DNA of 63,102 nt, counting the filler, from Cercozoa sp. M6MM (lineage: Eukaryota > Protista > Endomyxa: Ascetosporea), in NCBI GenBank assembly GCA_040357565.1. It is 11 parts of 11 records of this genome, joined end to end, with 100 filler letters (N's around TTAATTAATTAA, not from the genome) between each part and the next. Parts side by side here need not be neighbours in the genome. Positions count along the whole stretch, not along the records: positions 18,344 to 37,281 come from JBDODJ010000221.1; positions 37,382 to 42,429 come from JBDODJ010000985.1; 9 more parts are not named here. One strand, given 5' to 3'. Within the stretch, counting starts at the first letter, position 1. Each line of letters begins with the position of its first letter. The notes beneath the pieces are model-generated. The model worked only from the letters and a program-made list of their open reading frames with translations, was not told where the DNA came from and ran no database searches. Below are positions 26,239-37,444 of this stretch, piece by piece. A program made the position numbers and the translations under genes.

Positions 26239-26589
26239 GCATGCTACCTATCACCCTACTCGGCTGCTTTAGCGCTTCCTTGTGAGGACTTATGGTCCAA
26301 TCAGGTCACCAAAAAAACTCTTTCCCTCTAGATCTGTAACATACGTAACTTACGCTGCAGAATACCAATAAAGAACTAAACTCCGTTCTACTGTACAGCC
26401 ACCTGTCGTGTATCACCAAACCTCAGAAAACCCTCTAGACGATCTGCATGAGTCTGCGAGTTGCGCTGAACTCAGAACTGAGGTCCTGATCAGACCTGGG
26501 CAATTCGTTCCGTTCAAGTTGAGCGGCGGACGGAACAGGCGGGAACTGAAGTTTAAGCCGAGCTGAGTTCGAGCTTTGAATTAGTTTAA

Positions 26590-27093
26590 TCAGTCGGAAA
26601 CCTCAACGACAGCAGCGTGCCGGTACTTGACGAGCGAGTGTGTCACGAGCCACATCGGACCCTCCTTCAGAAGCACGATGCCGAACGGTCCGTGGTCACA
26701 CGCAGCGCAGCACAGGTACCGGAAGTCAGCGGCAGCCTGGAGAAACACACATGGCGCTGTCACTCAGTCACAGTAAAGAGAAACAATCTACTGTACCTCA
26801 CTGTCGACCTGCCCAGTGCTCGTGAGCGGCCTCGTGACGCCAACGTTCTCGAAAGCGAACTGATTCGGCAGGTGCCAGTGCTGCGAGAACGTGTTGCCGT
26901 TCGACGCGGCTGCCTCTGCTTGCTCGCCATCTTTCTGCGAGGCGTGAATGAACACCTCGCGTTCCGTCAGAGTGCCAGCCGCTGCCTTGATCACAATGTC
27001 TCCGCACCGCGGACAGTGCACCGAGTGCGCATTCTTCTGCTCCGCCGTCACTGGCGCTTCCTCGCACGAAAAATACTCGGCCTGGCGCGACAT
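26590..27093 (-). CDS. RABIF: Mss4/RABIF guanine-nucleotide-free chaperone
   Basis: KNAHSVHCPRCGDIVI...HWHLPNQFAFENVGVTR...RYLCCAACDHGPFG; one intron. Confidence 0.9.
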
Positions 27094-27324
27094 CCGATCT
27101 CTGTTTTTTGAAATATCTCAGATTTCTTGGCAGCTACGGTCTCTAACAATAAAAATTTCGTGAACACACCTCGACGCTATTCAAATGGGTCAGAGACGAA
27201 CAGCCGAAATCCGGCTCGCCATGGAATCTAGTGAGGCGGAACAAACATCACCGAAACTGAAAAGAAGTGCTGTAAAAGCGCCTTTGAGCAGCCTGCTTCT
27301 TCATTGGATCGAGATTTGTAAAAA

Positions 27325-29630
27325 ATGGAGCATGTGAAGGAATTGGTGCGTGTCTCGTTGAGCGACTCCTTGAATGTTGACAAACCCGAAACCGTGCTGC
27401 AAAAAGCCGTCCCGAAACTGACGAAACGCTTGCAGGTGATTCATCCGCGCGGACACCCCTGTTTCGCACCCTTTCTTAAATTCTTTGCTGTGCTCAGGAT
27501 TTGCCCCTCCTGGAGGAACCAATCTCTGCCGATGACATCATTGTGCCTGGCAACGACAACGGCGGCTTGAAGGACCCGATCGCTTTGATCGTGAATTTGG
27601 TGTGCTTGAAGCCGGAGGATTTCGATGAGTTTTGCTTCGAGTTCCTGCAATCGACGAATGCTGCGACAATGGTCGAAACTCTCGCGGTACTCGTCGCTGC
27701 ATTTCTCAAAAGTACAACTCACAATTTGCTCAGGTACACTGCGACTCCGATTTGCGGTGGTGCACGTGGCTTTCCGCTGTTGTCTTGCTGTATCGCCGTT
27801 ACCTTGCCGAGTACTTGTGAGTTTTTCTTTTCTTCTTGTTCGTGTGCTCTCACCTTGAATATTCTTGCGTGACAGTGCTCCAAGCGAATTACTTCACGCA
27901 CGCGTGGTCGAAATCACCACCGCAGCGTTGACTGGTGCATGCGCACTGACGTTCTATGGCCATCAACTGGTGAAAAAACGCGATGATGCGTCGCCAGTGG
28001 CAGCGATTCGCGTGGCTAGCAAGCAGATGCGTGCCACGCAACTGCGCGAGCAAGTGAGTGCCTTGCTTGCGCCCTTCTCGTGGATCAGAAGCTGCCAACG
28101 CGATGCGATCTCGAGTCTCGCCCAGTGCGGCTCGCTCACTGCGTACCTACAACTCGCGTTCCTCCTGGGTGATCACGGCATTGTTGAGCACCTGACGCTC
28201 AAGCATGGCTTTGTGGCCGACCGTGGCGCTTATCTGGCCATACCAAACAACGGCGTGCTTTCCGCTCTGTTCGAAAGCAATTTCGGCGTTTTCTTCGGCT
28301 TGGTGCTTCCTTCGTTTCCTCTCTATAAATATAACTCTATAAATGTGTGAGATCCAACTGACTGCCTGATTAGGAAGTGAAACTGCTGGAGAAGAAAGTG
28401 CGTGTGTGTGTCGACGTCGTCCGCTTGCGTCTCGGTCTGGTGACTCTGTTGCAAGCGACGATGCAGTCGGAAACTCAGCGCAGTGTGTATCGTTAACTCT
28501 GTTTGTCAGTGCATGTGTAAAACTACAATTTGTTGTGCTGATTAGAACGGTCGAATACGTCAAGCAAGCTTTCAGTTTGTGTTGCAGCTTGATAGATCGT
28601 GTGCAACAAGCGCACGTCGGAAAGGACGCTCGTAAAGCTGGTAATTTTTGGTTGTTCTTCCACTTTTTGAAGAGTACATTGAAAGATGTATGTACTCAGT
28701 TCGATCTGCGTACTCCTACTCTGTGTTGGCGGCCATGCTGTTCCTCGACGGTGGTGCGCAAGCAAAGGCAGATTCTGCGGCCGCTTTGGCGCTGGACTCG
28801 TTGCTCAAACTCGCTTTTTCACGAGGCAATCAGACGCAGAACTCTGTGCTGAGTGCACTGTTGATGATCGGCCGGTCGGATGTTGTGTTCTTTCCAAAAA
28901 ACGGTACAGTGCTTTTTTTGCAGACTCAACTCAACAAGCGCTACATGTTGTGTTGTTTGAGCAGTGCGAAAGCAAGCGATGCGCCAGGTCGGTCAAGCTC
29001 TGGCAGCCACAGCTCAAAAAACGATGCTGAAGCGAGCGACGCCTTTTGTTGAGTTGGACTCGCTGGTTGCGCAACTGAACGCACTGGAGCAAGCGACGCC
29101 GCCATGCAAGGAGCCGAGTTCTATGGCATTGTCGCTCAACTCCTTCAAGAACGACTTCATCACCTGCTCTTCTAACAGTAAATTTACTCTTCCTTCCGCG
29201 CGGATGTTGTGGACTTATCTCAATGATTGCCGTAGCCGTGGCGAAGCTGTACCACAAGAAATTCGAGTCGATGGAAGCGAGCAAAGTACTTGTGACAATG
29301 CTTGCCGACGTTCTGTACTCACCGCCCAGCCAGCGTGCCATGCGATCTCCGACGCGGAAACAGCTCGCTTCAGAAGCTTCGGCGCGCAATTACGCCAATT
29401 CTCGTACAGTTTCTTCTTGTTTGAGCTTTCTGTGTTTTAACGCTGTCACGTTGACCAGCCTTTGGCTTGGCGGCGCGAGTGACTTCATCAAGCGCGGCTG
29501 CCGATCAGACTGGCGCCAGTGCTTCAAAAACGGGAGCGCAACAATCGACATCCACGGAGATCGCGTCTGCAACAACTCGACCTCAGTAAGTGGTCGACGC
29601 GAGTGCGGTGAGTATTTTCTCAGCTAATTT
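27325..29630 (+). CDS. Multi-exon hypothetical (helical) protein
   Basis: ATG in aaaaATGG context and successive GT-AG bounded ORFs; 3' end approximate. Confidence 0.55.
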
Positions 29631-29690
29631 CCGTCGGAACTTCAAAAGGGCGGTGGAACGACCATGCGCTTGTGTCCCACCTCAGGACTC

Positions 29691-29740
29691 GTGCAGGGAA
29701 CTACATACGATAGCTGGTTCTAGTAGATTGAACTAACCAT
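29691..29740 (+). mobile_element. Family A 3' end, degenerate
   Basis: gtgcagggaactacata...tagattgaactaacc. Confidence 0.65.
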
Positions 29741-29965
29741 CTAAGTAAGTATGATCGCATGCACACGCCGGCAATCGCACAGAATGCTCTCGTCAACAGG
29801 AGACGTGATCCTAATCGCTTTCCTTCTCTTCCTTTTCCGATCCGACATCCGCTCGTCGCCAACTGCGCGTGGCGCGTGCGACCACAACGAGAATCACTGC
29901 GAGAGCATTTAGTTTGCACTCAACACGACATCTGAGTTCACAAGCCCTGTGAGCTTTTGAGGTAC

Positions 29966-30010
29966 GGGGGAACTACAGAGTTGGTTCTTTTAGTAGACTG
30001 AACGAACTAG
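29966..30010 (+). mobile_element. Family A 3' end, degenerate, abutting the UPP stop codon
   Basis: ggggaactacagagttggttcttttagtagactgaacgaactag. Confidence 0.7.
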
Positions 30011-31373
30011 CTATGCATATTCGGCGCGGCGCCGCACGAGCGTCATTGCGACAGCCAAGGCGTTTCGCATCCATTGACGTCGTTCCGCGTCGGTGACTGG
30101 CACTAGAGAGGTCTCGTCACCTGTTCATGCATTCAATACACAGGGGTGACTGACCGCAAACTACGTGAGCACAGAGCAGTGTATGCTTGTACGGTACCTT
30201 CAAGTCGGTTTATTTGGGTGACACTGAGCACTACAGTACGTGTGTTGAAAACAACCGCCGTGACAGATGCATACAAAGTCGTTGATGATGGATGTGGCAT
30301 GGTAAATTGTACTGGCAGCAGGTAGACCGACGTGACGGCAGATGGCAGCGACAACATGTCCCTCCATCTCCATGCTGCGCACGTTCAAATCATCGTGAAT
30401 CTTGTGCAGCCAGGCCTCTCTGTCCTCTGGATTAAAGTCACCGCATATGCCACCATGCAGACTGTTTGTGTAAGTTACTATACCAGGAGTGTGTTCCACA
30501 ATGCAACTAGTCAAACGGCCCTGAGCCTCAAAATAGCCATCGCACGACATGCCCTAAGCACAATTAGTTTTACAGAAATCATTGAAAAAAAAACTGTAAA
30601 TTTACTGAAGCTACGACGAAGTCTTGTGCTTCATCGCAAAACAACGAGTCGGCGATGTCTTTGAGTTCTTGTACCTATACCCGTTCACTTTAAAACAACT
30701 AATGCAGCTGAAGCTACCGTACGAGTTTCTCATCGAAGCGAGTATCGCGCAAGACTGGCATGCCACATATGACAGTTTCGAACGACTGACGGCCACGTGA
30801 GTCCAGTGCTTCGCACGATATTTGTATTGTACAGGACAGGATACTGTAACAGACAAACAGGGAACTAACCGCGGTCTGGGATGACGACTGTACCGGCAGG
30901 AACGCCAATACCACCCGACGTACCCAGTCGGATGGCGCTCAAACTGAACTCACTGCAAGAGCATGATCAGCTCATGCAGCGCGATAGAGCAAGAGCCGTG
31001 TCCCATGCCGTGCGACATCACCAGCACCTGCCCATTGCTAAAACTCGTCCAGCCTTTCCCCGGGTTTTGCGCCAGGTACCTGTGGACCCACTTGCAGCAG
31101 TGCGAATCTCTCATCGCTGCCAACCGGCTTGGCTTTAGTTCTGAGTGTCTTGGCAACCGCGTCAGCACAAGTGCGCGCTGATGGAACAAAAAATACAAAA
31201 ATAGTGACCTCTTGATTAAAATTAGTGGTCACTCACATGTCACTGACCATCTGAGTGCAGTTGACCGTACCGCGAGCTTGGGGTCCCATAAGCAGCACCA
31301 CACGCGTAGCGCTCACATCTAGCTCGGTGGGATGGAAGTTTAGATGCAGGAGGAACCCGGCTGCGTTGCTCAT
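30011..31373 (-). CDS. UPP: Uridine phosphorylase (eukaryotic UPP type)
   Basis: SHGMGHGSCSIALHELIMLL, IRLGTSGGIG, MSCDGYFEAQGRL, VRSMEMEG, SVTQINRLEGD. One anomalous junction at 30939-30954. Confidence 0.9.
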
Positions 31374-31695
31374 TCTGATCAATTGGAACTGCTTGCAACA
31401 ATTGGACCCGTATGGCGGATTCGACACGGCAGCTCAATGCAGTTTGAAGAGAATCGACACTGTACAGCACACAGCAAAATAACTGCTTTGTTAATTTAGG
31501 TTATTTGGTGCAACGTTTGTGGGGTACTGGATCAAGGCATTGTCTCGAGCCGATGGAGTGTTCACCTGCACGATTGAGATTTCTGACAGCACAAGAAGTG
31601 TTGAACAACTTGAGTGGTTCCACTGACCTGCCTGGAGCCTGAGTTATTGAGACATCAGGTTGCCATTTTTTACTCTGGTTCAAGAGTCCTGCATC

Positions 31696-34600
31696 ATGGA
31701 TTTGACACCGCTGTTGGACGGCGCTTGGCTTCTCAAGCACACGCGCAAGACAAAGCCCCACAAGCGCTTTGTTAAACTGGTGCCGCTCGGTGACAACGGG
31801 TCTGACCAGCAGGTACAGTTGTACGGTTGTGTGAAATCAGACATGCCATCTGTTGTATGCTTTGTCTGCTTAGCGCTATGCCGTGGTCTGGGACAGCAAG
31901 GACCGCAGCGATTCGCCTCTGAAGAAGTGGAAGAACCGCGTCAATCTCGCCGAAGTGCGTCGTGTGCAGGTACAGCTTTCGTTTTTTTTTAAATATTGTT
32001 TTGAAGTTTTGACCGTTGCGAAACGCTTGACTTGGATTGGTAACTTTAGGCCGGGCGTCACAGCGATGTGTTCTTGCGCACGTACGGATTTTTTTAGTTG
32101 TTTGAAGCAAGGAAATACTCCAACATGTTGGCAGGAAGGCAAAGGAAGGCGACGACTGCAAGTGCCTGTCGCTCTTTTACCGCGAGAAGACACTCGACTT
32201 GCAGTTTGACTCGCACGCTTTGCGTGATGTGTGGGTAAACACACTTTAAGATTGAGGAGAACACGCGTGAGACTGGTGGGGTTATGCCTTTGAGAACGTT
32301 GTGACTCAGATGACTGCATTCACTGCACTGTCGAACATCACGTCTGGTATTTTTTAACAGCTTGTTTTGTGTTTTGCAAGCTTTTACATGAAAGCTTTGG
32401 TGCAGGCGATCCCGAGACGGCCTATGTGGCCGACATTTGGGCGCAGTTCGACAAGAACAACGACAACGCACTGTGTGCCAAGGTGTGTTCAGTTCAGTCC
32501 GGTTTTGTCATTTTTAGTTAACTTGATTTAGTTCAGTTTAATTGTTTTCAAAGTTCAATTTCGATGCTGTTTTAGGAACTGGAGGCTCTGCTGCACCGTC
32601 TCAACATGAACGCCAGCAAGAAGAAGTATGAGAGTCCTAGGAAAAGACAGGAGTGTTGATGGCAATCGAATGTTTATGTGCTGAAGGGTCAAGGCATTGC
32701 TGCGTGAGTTCGACTCGGATGGCAATGGCGAACTTTGCTTCGAAGAGTTTCTCGCCTTCCGCGAGCACCTGCTGCGTCGGCCTGAGATCGGTAGCTTTAC
32801 CCCCCCCCCCTCTTTGTTCCCTTTACCCCTCCCCCCGGCAGCGGAGTTGTTCGCGAGTGTCAGCAAGGGCGGCGAAACAATGTCGGTGGCGGCATTGACG
32901 CGCTTCTTGCATGAGGTGCAGCAGCAGTCCGAAGTGACTGAGCAGGAGGTGCGTGACATGCTGGCTACATTGATGCCGAGTCGACTCGATCAAAGTGACG
33001 ACGCTGTCAATGAGGCCTTGTTCACGTAGCTACCCCCCCTATCTCTTGCACCCCTTTACCCCTCTCCACGTAGGCGATTCATCACGTCGCCAGTGCTGAA
33101 TGCTTTGTCCAAGTACCCTTTCTTAGTCCCATCTTACCCCCACCCCACCTTACCCCCACCCTACCTTACCCCACCCTACCTTACCCCCACCCTACCTTAC
33201 CTCAGGGATCAGGCACTGGAAAGTGCAACCCTGGACGAATCATTCCCGTTGAGTGACTACTTTATGGCCTCGTCGCATAACACCTACCTGGAGGGCGGTA
33301 CTTTACCCCCCCCCCCCCCCCTGCCCTCGCCTCCTTTACCTCTCCCCTCGAACAGACCAGTTGAAAGGCCACTCGTCGGTGCAGCAGTACATCCATGTGC
33401 TGAGTCGGTAAGGTTCTTCTTGTATTGTCTTGTGTCCGCGCGGACGCTTAGTGTGACACAGTGGCTGCCGATGTCTCGAACTGGACTGCTGGGACGGTCC
33501 CAATGGCGAGCCTGTCATCTACCATGTACACACTTTTGGGAGGAAGGGTAGAGGGGGGGGTAAGATGGAGGGTGTTGCTAGGGCTTCACTCTGACGAGCA
33601 AGGTGTCGTTTCGCGACGTGTGTCTCGGCGTGGCCGCACATGCCTTCGAGGACAGCTCGCTGCCGCTGACGCTGTCACTGGAGAACCACTGCAGCGTGCC
33701 GCAGCAGCAGCGTATGGCGGCGCACCTGCTGGAGGTGTGTGCTGTTTTACCCCACTTTATTCACCTGTTTATTCGCCTGTTTATTCGCCTATTTATTCGC
33801 CTATTTATTCACCTGTTTATTCACCTGTTTATTCGCCTGTTTATTCGCCTGTTTATTCACCTGTTTATTCGCCTGTTTATTCACCTGTTTATTCGCCTGT
33901 TTATTCACCTGTTTATTCGCCTGTTTANNNNNNNNNNTCACCTGTTTATTCGCCTGTTTATTCACCTGTTTATTCGCCTGTTTACCCCCTCTGACCCCTG
34001 TTTATTCCCCTTTGTATTTCCCTATGTATTTCTCTATTTATTTCACCTATTTATTCATCTATGTACCTATTTATTCACCGATTTATTCACCTATTTATAT
34101 ACCTATTTATATACCTATTTATATACCTATTTATTTACCTATTTATATACCTATTTATGTACCTATTTATATACCTATTTATATACCTATTTATTCACCT
34201 ATTTATTCACCTATTTATCCCTCTTTATTCTCCTATTTATTTCCTTATTTACTCTGTTATTTTCACACTGTTTACTTCCTCTTACTTCCCTATTCACTCC
34301 CTTTTTGCCCCCTATTTACCCCTCCCTACCCTTAACCCCTCAGGCATTCGGTGATGCAATTTACCGTCGACCGGATGATGTTCTCGAACTGTACCCTTTC
34401 CCTTACTACCCCCTTACCCTACCCCTTACCCTTACCCCCTTACCCCTACCCCTTACCCTTACCCCTACCCCTACCCCCTTACCCTTACCCCTACCCCTAC
34501 CCCCTATCCCTACCCCTTACCCCTATACCTTTACCCCCTCCGCGCAGTACGGAAATGCCGACGTTGGCGGAGTTGCGCAACCGCGTGCTGATCAAAGGAA

Positions 34601-36696
34601 AAATGTGTCCCGTCGACGCCGACGTCGTCGAGGAAGAGTTCGACGACGACGACGATTCCGAGGTGTGTCCCCCTTAAGTACTGTATATTAGTCCATTTGG
34701 ACATATGGACCACTCTCTTTTTAAGGACTCGGAACTGGACGCAACGACGAAACACGCCTTGCAGGAGCAGCGTCAACAACAACGGTAGGGGGGCAAGGGT
34801 ACGGGTATAGGGGGGTAAGAGGGGGGTAAAATGGGGGGTAAAATGGGGGGTATAACTCGTGCTCAGTGCGGCGGCGTCGCACAAGAAGAAGATCGCGCCG
34901 GAGTTGAGTGCGCTGGTCTACCTTCGCAGCGTTAAGAATCGCGGCATCACTGCGTAGTTTTACCCCCTTTGCCCCTACCTCTCCCCTCACTCTCTACCCC
35001 TACCCCCCTACCCTCTTACCCCTTACCCCTACCCTACCCCTACCCCTACCCCCTGCCCCTACCTCCTACTTCCTTTACCCCTACCCCCTGCCCCTATGGA
35101 AGCAGCGAGAGTCTGGAGACGCTGCAGGCAGCCGACATCAGCAGTTTCTCCGAGAAGAAGTTCACCAAGATTGGTAGCATTTTTGAGTCCGTTTTGGACT
35201 GAACTGGCTATTTGTGGACTGGCTATTTTGGACTAGACAGGACTGGCTATGTTTCTAGACTGGCTATTTTTTGTTTTTAGGCATGCGTACGCCCGAGTTG
35301 TTCGTGCAACTCAATCGGCGTCAGTTGTCGCGCTGCTATCCGGTTTACCCCCCTTATCCCCCACCCCTTACCCTTGTACCCCCCACCGCTTACCCCCTCC
35401 CCTTACCCCCCTCTACCCCTCAATATTTAGGCCGGCGCACGTGTGAATTCGACGAATTTTGCTCCGGAAACGGCATGGCGTGTCGGCAGTCAGGTGCGAC
35501 TATTTTACCCCCCCTCCCACCCTTTACCCTCCCTCCCCCAGGTGGTGGCAATGAACTACCAGACGTGTGACATGCCGGTTCGTACGAACGAAGTTTTCTT
35601 CGATGCGCACGCTCGCTGCGGTTTTACCCTCCTCCCCACTCCCTTAACACCTCACCCCCTTAACATCCTTACCCCCTTAACACCCTCACCCCCTTAACAC
35701 CCTTACCTCCCTTAACACCCATACCCCCGTAACACCTTACCCCCTAACACCCTTACCCCCGTAACACCTTACCCCCTAACACCCTTACCCCCCCCCCCCA
35801 GGTTTCGTACTGAAGCCGGAGTGTATGCGCAACGATGACGGTTTCGACTGGCGTGCTGTCAATGAGGTAGTGTGGGGTTTACCCCCTTCCTTGCCCTCTT
35901 TCCCCCCCCCCCCAGGCGATCGAGAACGGCAGCTCGCGACAGGAGAATTTCCGTTTTGCGAAACTCGGACTTTCGCATGCGCCGTACACGCTGCGCGTCA
36001 CTGTGTTGGGTAGGGCTTTTACCCCCCCCCCCTCCCAGGTGGCAAGCAGATCCCGAAACCGCGCGGCGATGAGAAGGGCGAAATTGTGGACCCGTTTGTT
36101 AAAGTGGCGATGCGCTCGATTCTGCCGGCTGACTGGTAGTTTCGTTGCACCCTTTACCCCTCCCTTACCCCTCCTTTACCCCCTTCCTTTACCCCCCTCC
36201 CCCCCTAGTGCATCGGCGCGCACGGCTGTGGTGCAGGACAACGGGTTCGATCCGCAGTGGAACGAGACGTTCGAGTTCGATGTGCACTTCGACTGCATGT
36301 CGGTGCTTACCCCCTACCCTTACCCTACCCCCTTACCCCCTACCCCCTTACCCTATACCCGCCTTACCCTATACCCGCCTTACCCTACCCCCTTACCCCT
36401 ACCCCGTGTGTGTAGGTGCTGGTGCTCTCGGTGTACGACCAGGACCGCATGAGCAAGAACGATTTTATCGCGTTTGGCGGCGCGCGCGTGTCGCAGCTTC
36501 GCGAGGGCGTTCGCTGCGGTTTTATTTGCCCCTTACCCCCCTGCCCTACCTCTTACCCCCCTCCCCTACCTCTTACCCCCTTGCTACCTGGGTAGTGCCG
36601 CTGCGTGACGACGCACACCGTGCCGTTCCACAAGCGGCGTTGTTGTTGCGCGTGGAACGACTGCCGCTGCGCGCGCAGCGACCCTCCAACAACTGA
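31696..36696 (+). CDS. PLCD: Phosphoinositide-specific phospholipase C, delta-like (PH, EF-hands, X, Y, C2)
   Basis: [93 protein letters not shown]; ~26 GT-AG introns traced in frame. Confidence 0.97.
33735..34343 (+). repeat. Intronic 12-mer minisatellite (TTTATTCRCCTG, drifting to TTTATATACCTA)
   Basis: Tandem units visible directly; contains a 10-N gap. Confidence 0.95.
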
Positions 36697-37381
36697 CTTT
36701 CGAACTAGGCGTCATAGTCGTTCATTTTCCGTGTACTTAGAGTTGGTTATCGTACTGAAGCTGAAAGATTAAGTCCGAGTTTGGCTCGTGCGAGACTCGG
36801 CTCTTACCCACAGTGACTTGTTTTTGCAGTGGCAGAGTTCACTGTCAGGGAGCATGGGACTTCTAGCAGTCGTTGCTGCTTTCGCGACCTGTCGCGCAGC
36901 CGTCGATATGTAATCTACAGTAGAGTTTGAGAGTTTGAGACTTGCTTCTTTTGGGGTTTCAGATCGAAAGATGTCGAAACTCTTCACGGTATGTGTTAAC
37001 TTAGAGACCTGCACACAGTGCCGTCAGCGGAGCATAAGACCACACTCGAAAGTGCCTTGAGTAAGCTCACTCAAGATCTCAGCCAAGTGAGCCAACCCTC
37101 CGCGACTCTAGCCGTATATATCTTCAACCCCTGCTTCTTTAGTGACACAGAGTACGTACGGTCGTCCGTATTTGTCATTAGTCGAAGTTCGGAGGCGCCG
37201 AAAAACCACGGCTACTAGACGAGCCCACCCGCTACTTGAACTCGCAAGTCAGCCTCAGCACCAGCAGGCCCTACAGCAAGTNNNNNNNNNNNNNNNNNNN
37301 NNNNNNNNNNNNNNNNNNNNNNNNNTTAATTAATTAANNNNNNNNNNNNNNNNNNNNNNNNNNNNNNNNNNNNNNNNNNNN

Positions 37382-37424
<43 letters not shown>

Positions 37425-37444
37425 ATAATTGATTTATTTGGCAG

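Noticed and set aside
33023-33073. CACGTAG direct repeat at both ends of a PLC intron as an introner TSD
   Set aside because: Repeat spacing (44 nt) does not equal intron length (48 nt), and introns share no common body sequence or terminal inverted repeats
33603-34691. Long ORFs such as (FIRL/FIHL)n, (PYP)n, (CV)n, (RE)n and (HT)n in the ORF track
   Set aside because: Read-through of stop-poor intronic simple repeats
36010-36038. 29-nt intron as a distinct short-intron class
   Set aside because: Dominated by a poly-C run that short-read assembly likely collapsed, so the length is unreliable
36240-36260. GGTTCGATCC as a tRNA B-box
   Set aside because: Encodes NGFDP of the PLC C2 domain; no cloverleaf. 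I found no tRNA or rRNA in the window.
31696-36696. Non-canonical splice boundaries
   Set aside because: Every junction I could trace in conserved genes resolves as GT-AG
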